This document shows positions 24,221 through 24,379 of a stretch of DNA of 24,379 nt, piece by piece. The stretch comes from a virus (taxonomy: Duplodnaviria > Caudoviricetes). The translations under genes and the position numbers were made by a program. Location of the stretch: the IMG/VR virus record IMGVR_UViG_3300030329_001583, positions 1 through 24,379 of that record, one strand, 5' to 3'. The first letter of the stretch is position 1; each line of letters begins with the position of its first letter. The notes beneath the pieces are model-generated. The model searched no databases. It saw only the letters and a program-made list of their open reading frames with translations, and was not told the origin of the DNA.

Positions 24221-24379
24221 GTTTGGAGGTTTGGTGTAAGCCCCAGGGGGATCACGCATACGTGTTGGGAGTGGACACGGCTGAGGGCTTGGGCCACGGC
24301 GACTATTCGTGCGTTCAGGTGCTGGACGTGAACACGGGCGAGCAGGCGGCGATATGGCACGGCCATATTCCGCCCGACG
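24217..24379 (+). CDS. terL: Terminase large subunit, C-terminal nuclease domain as a separate ORF (runs off the window)
   Basis: GTG start: MSLEVWCKPQGDHAYVLGVDTAEGLGHGDYSCVQVLD..., with the RNase H-fold first acidic motif 'GVD.A.G...DYS'. Confidence 0.85.
   Translation, partial: MSLEVWCKPQGDHAYVLGVDTAEGLGHGDYSCVQVLDVNTGEQAAIWHGHIPPD

Overview
This window is part of a tailed dsDNA bacteriophage genome, probably infecting a high-GC actinobacterium (inferred from the ferredoxin, holin and endolysin types). No host genes, integrase, tRNA or CRISPR array are visible. Three blocks: (1) + strand 1-9456, with three successive putative internal virion/ejection proteins (the largest 1682 aa), an amidase endolysin, four tiny basic ORFs and a holin; (2) - strand 9453-21565, with a sigma-region-4 HTH protein, PD-(D/E)XK nuclease, RusA, AEP primase-polymerase, DnaB-like helicase, Cas4/RecB-like nuclease, a C5 DNA methyltransferase with a nested alternate-frame gene, a GP88-like Cys-rich protein and many small early genes; (3) a ~750 bp divergent non-coding region, then terS, a CxxC-tailed mini-protein, a ferredoxin and a terminase large subunit split into ATPase and nuclease ORFs. 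The strongest candidate for an undescribed system is a metal/redox module: a perfect Fur-family 7-1-7 box and a DtxR/IdeR-like box in the control region of a phage that also encodes a ferredoxin and a probable Fe-S protein. A three-copy palindromic operator and several structured RNA leaders are also notable. All family calls are from motif recognition by eye; no database searches were run.
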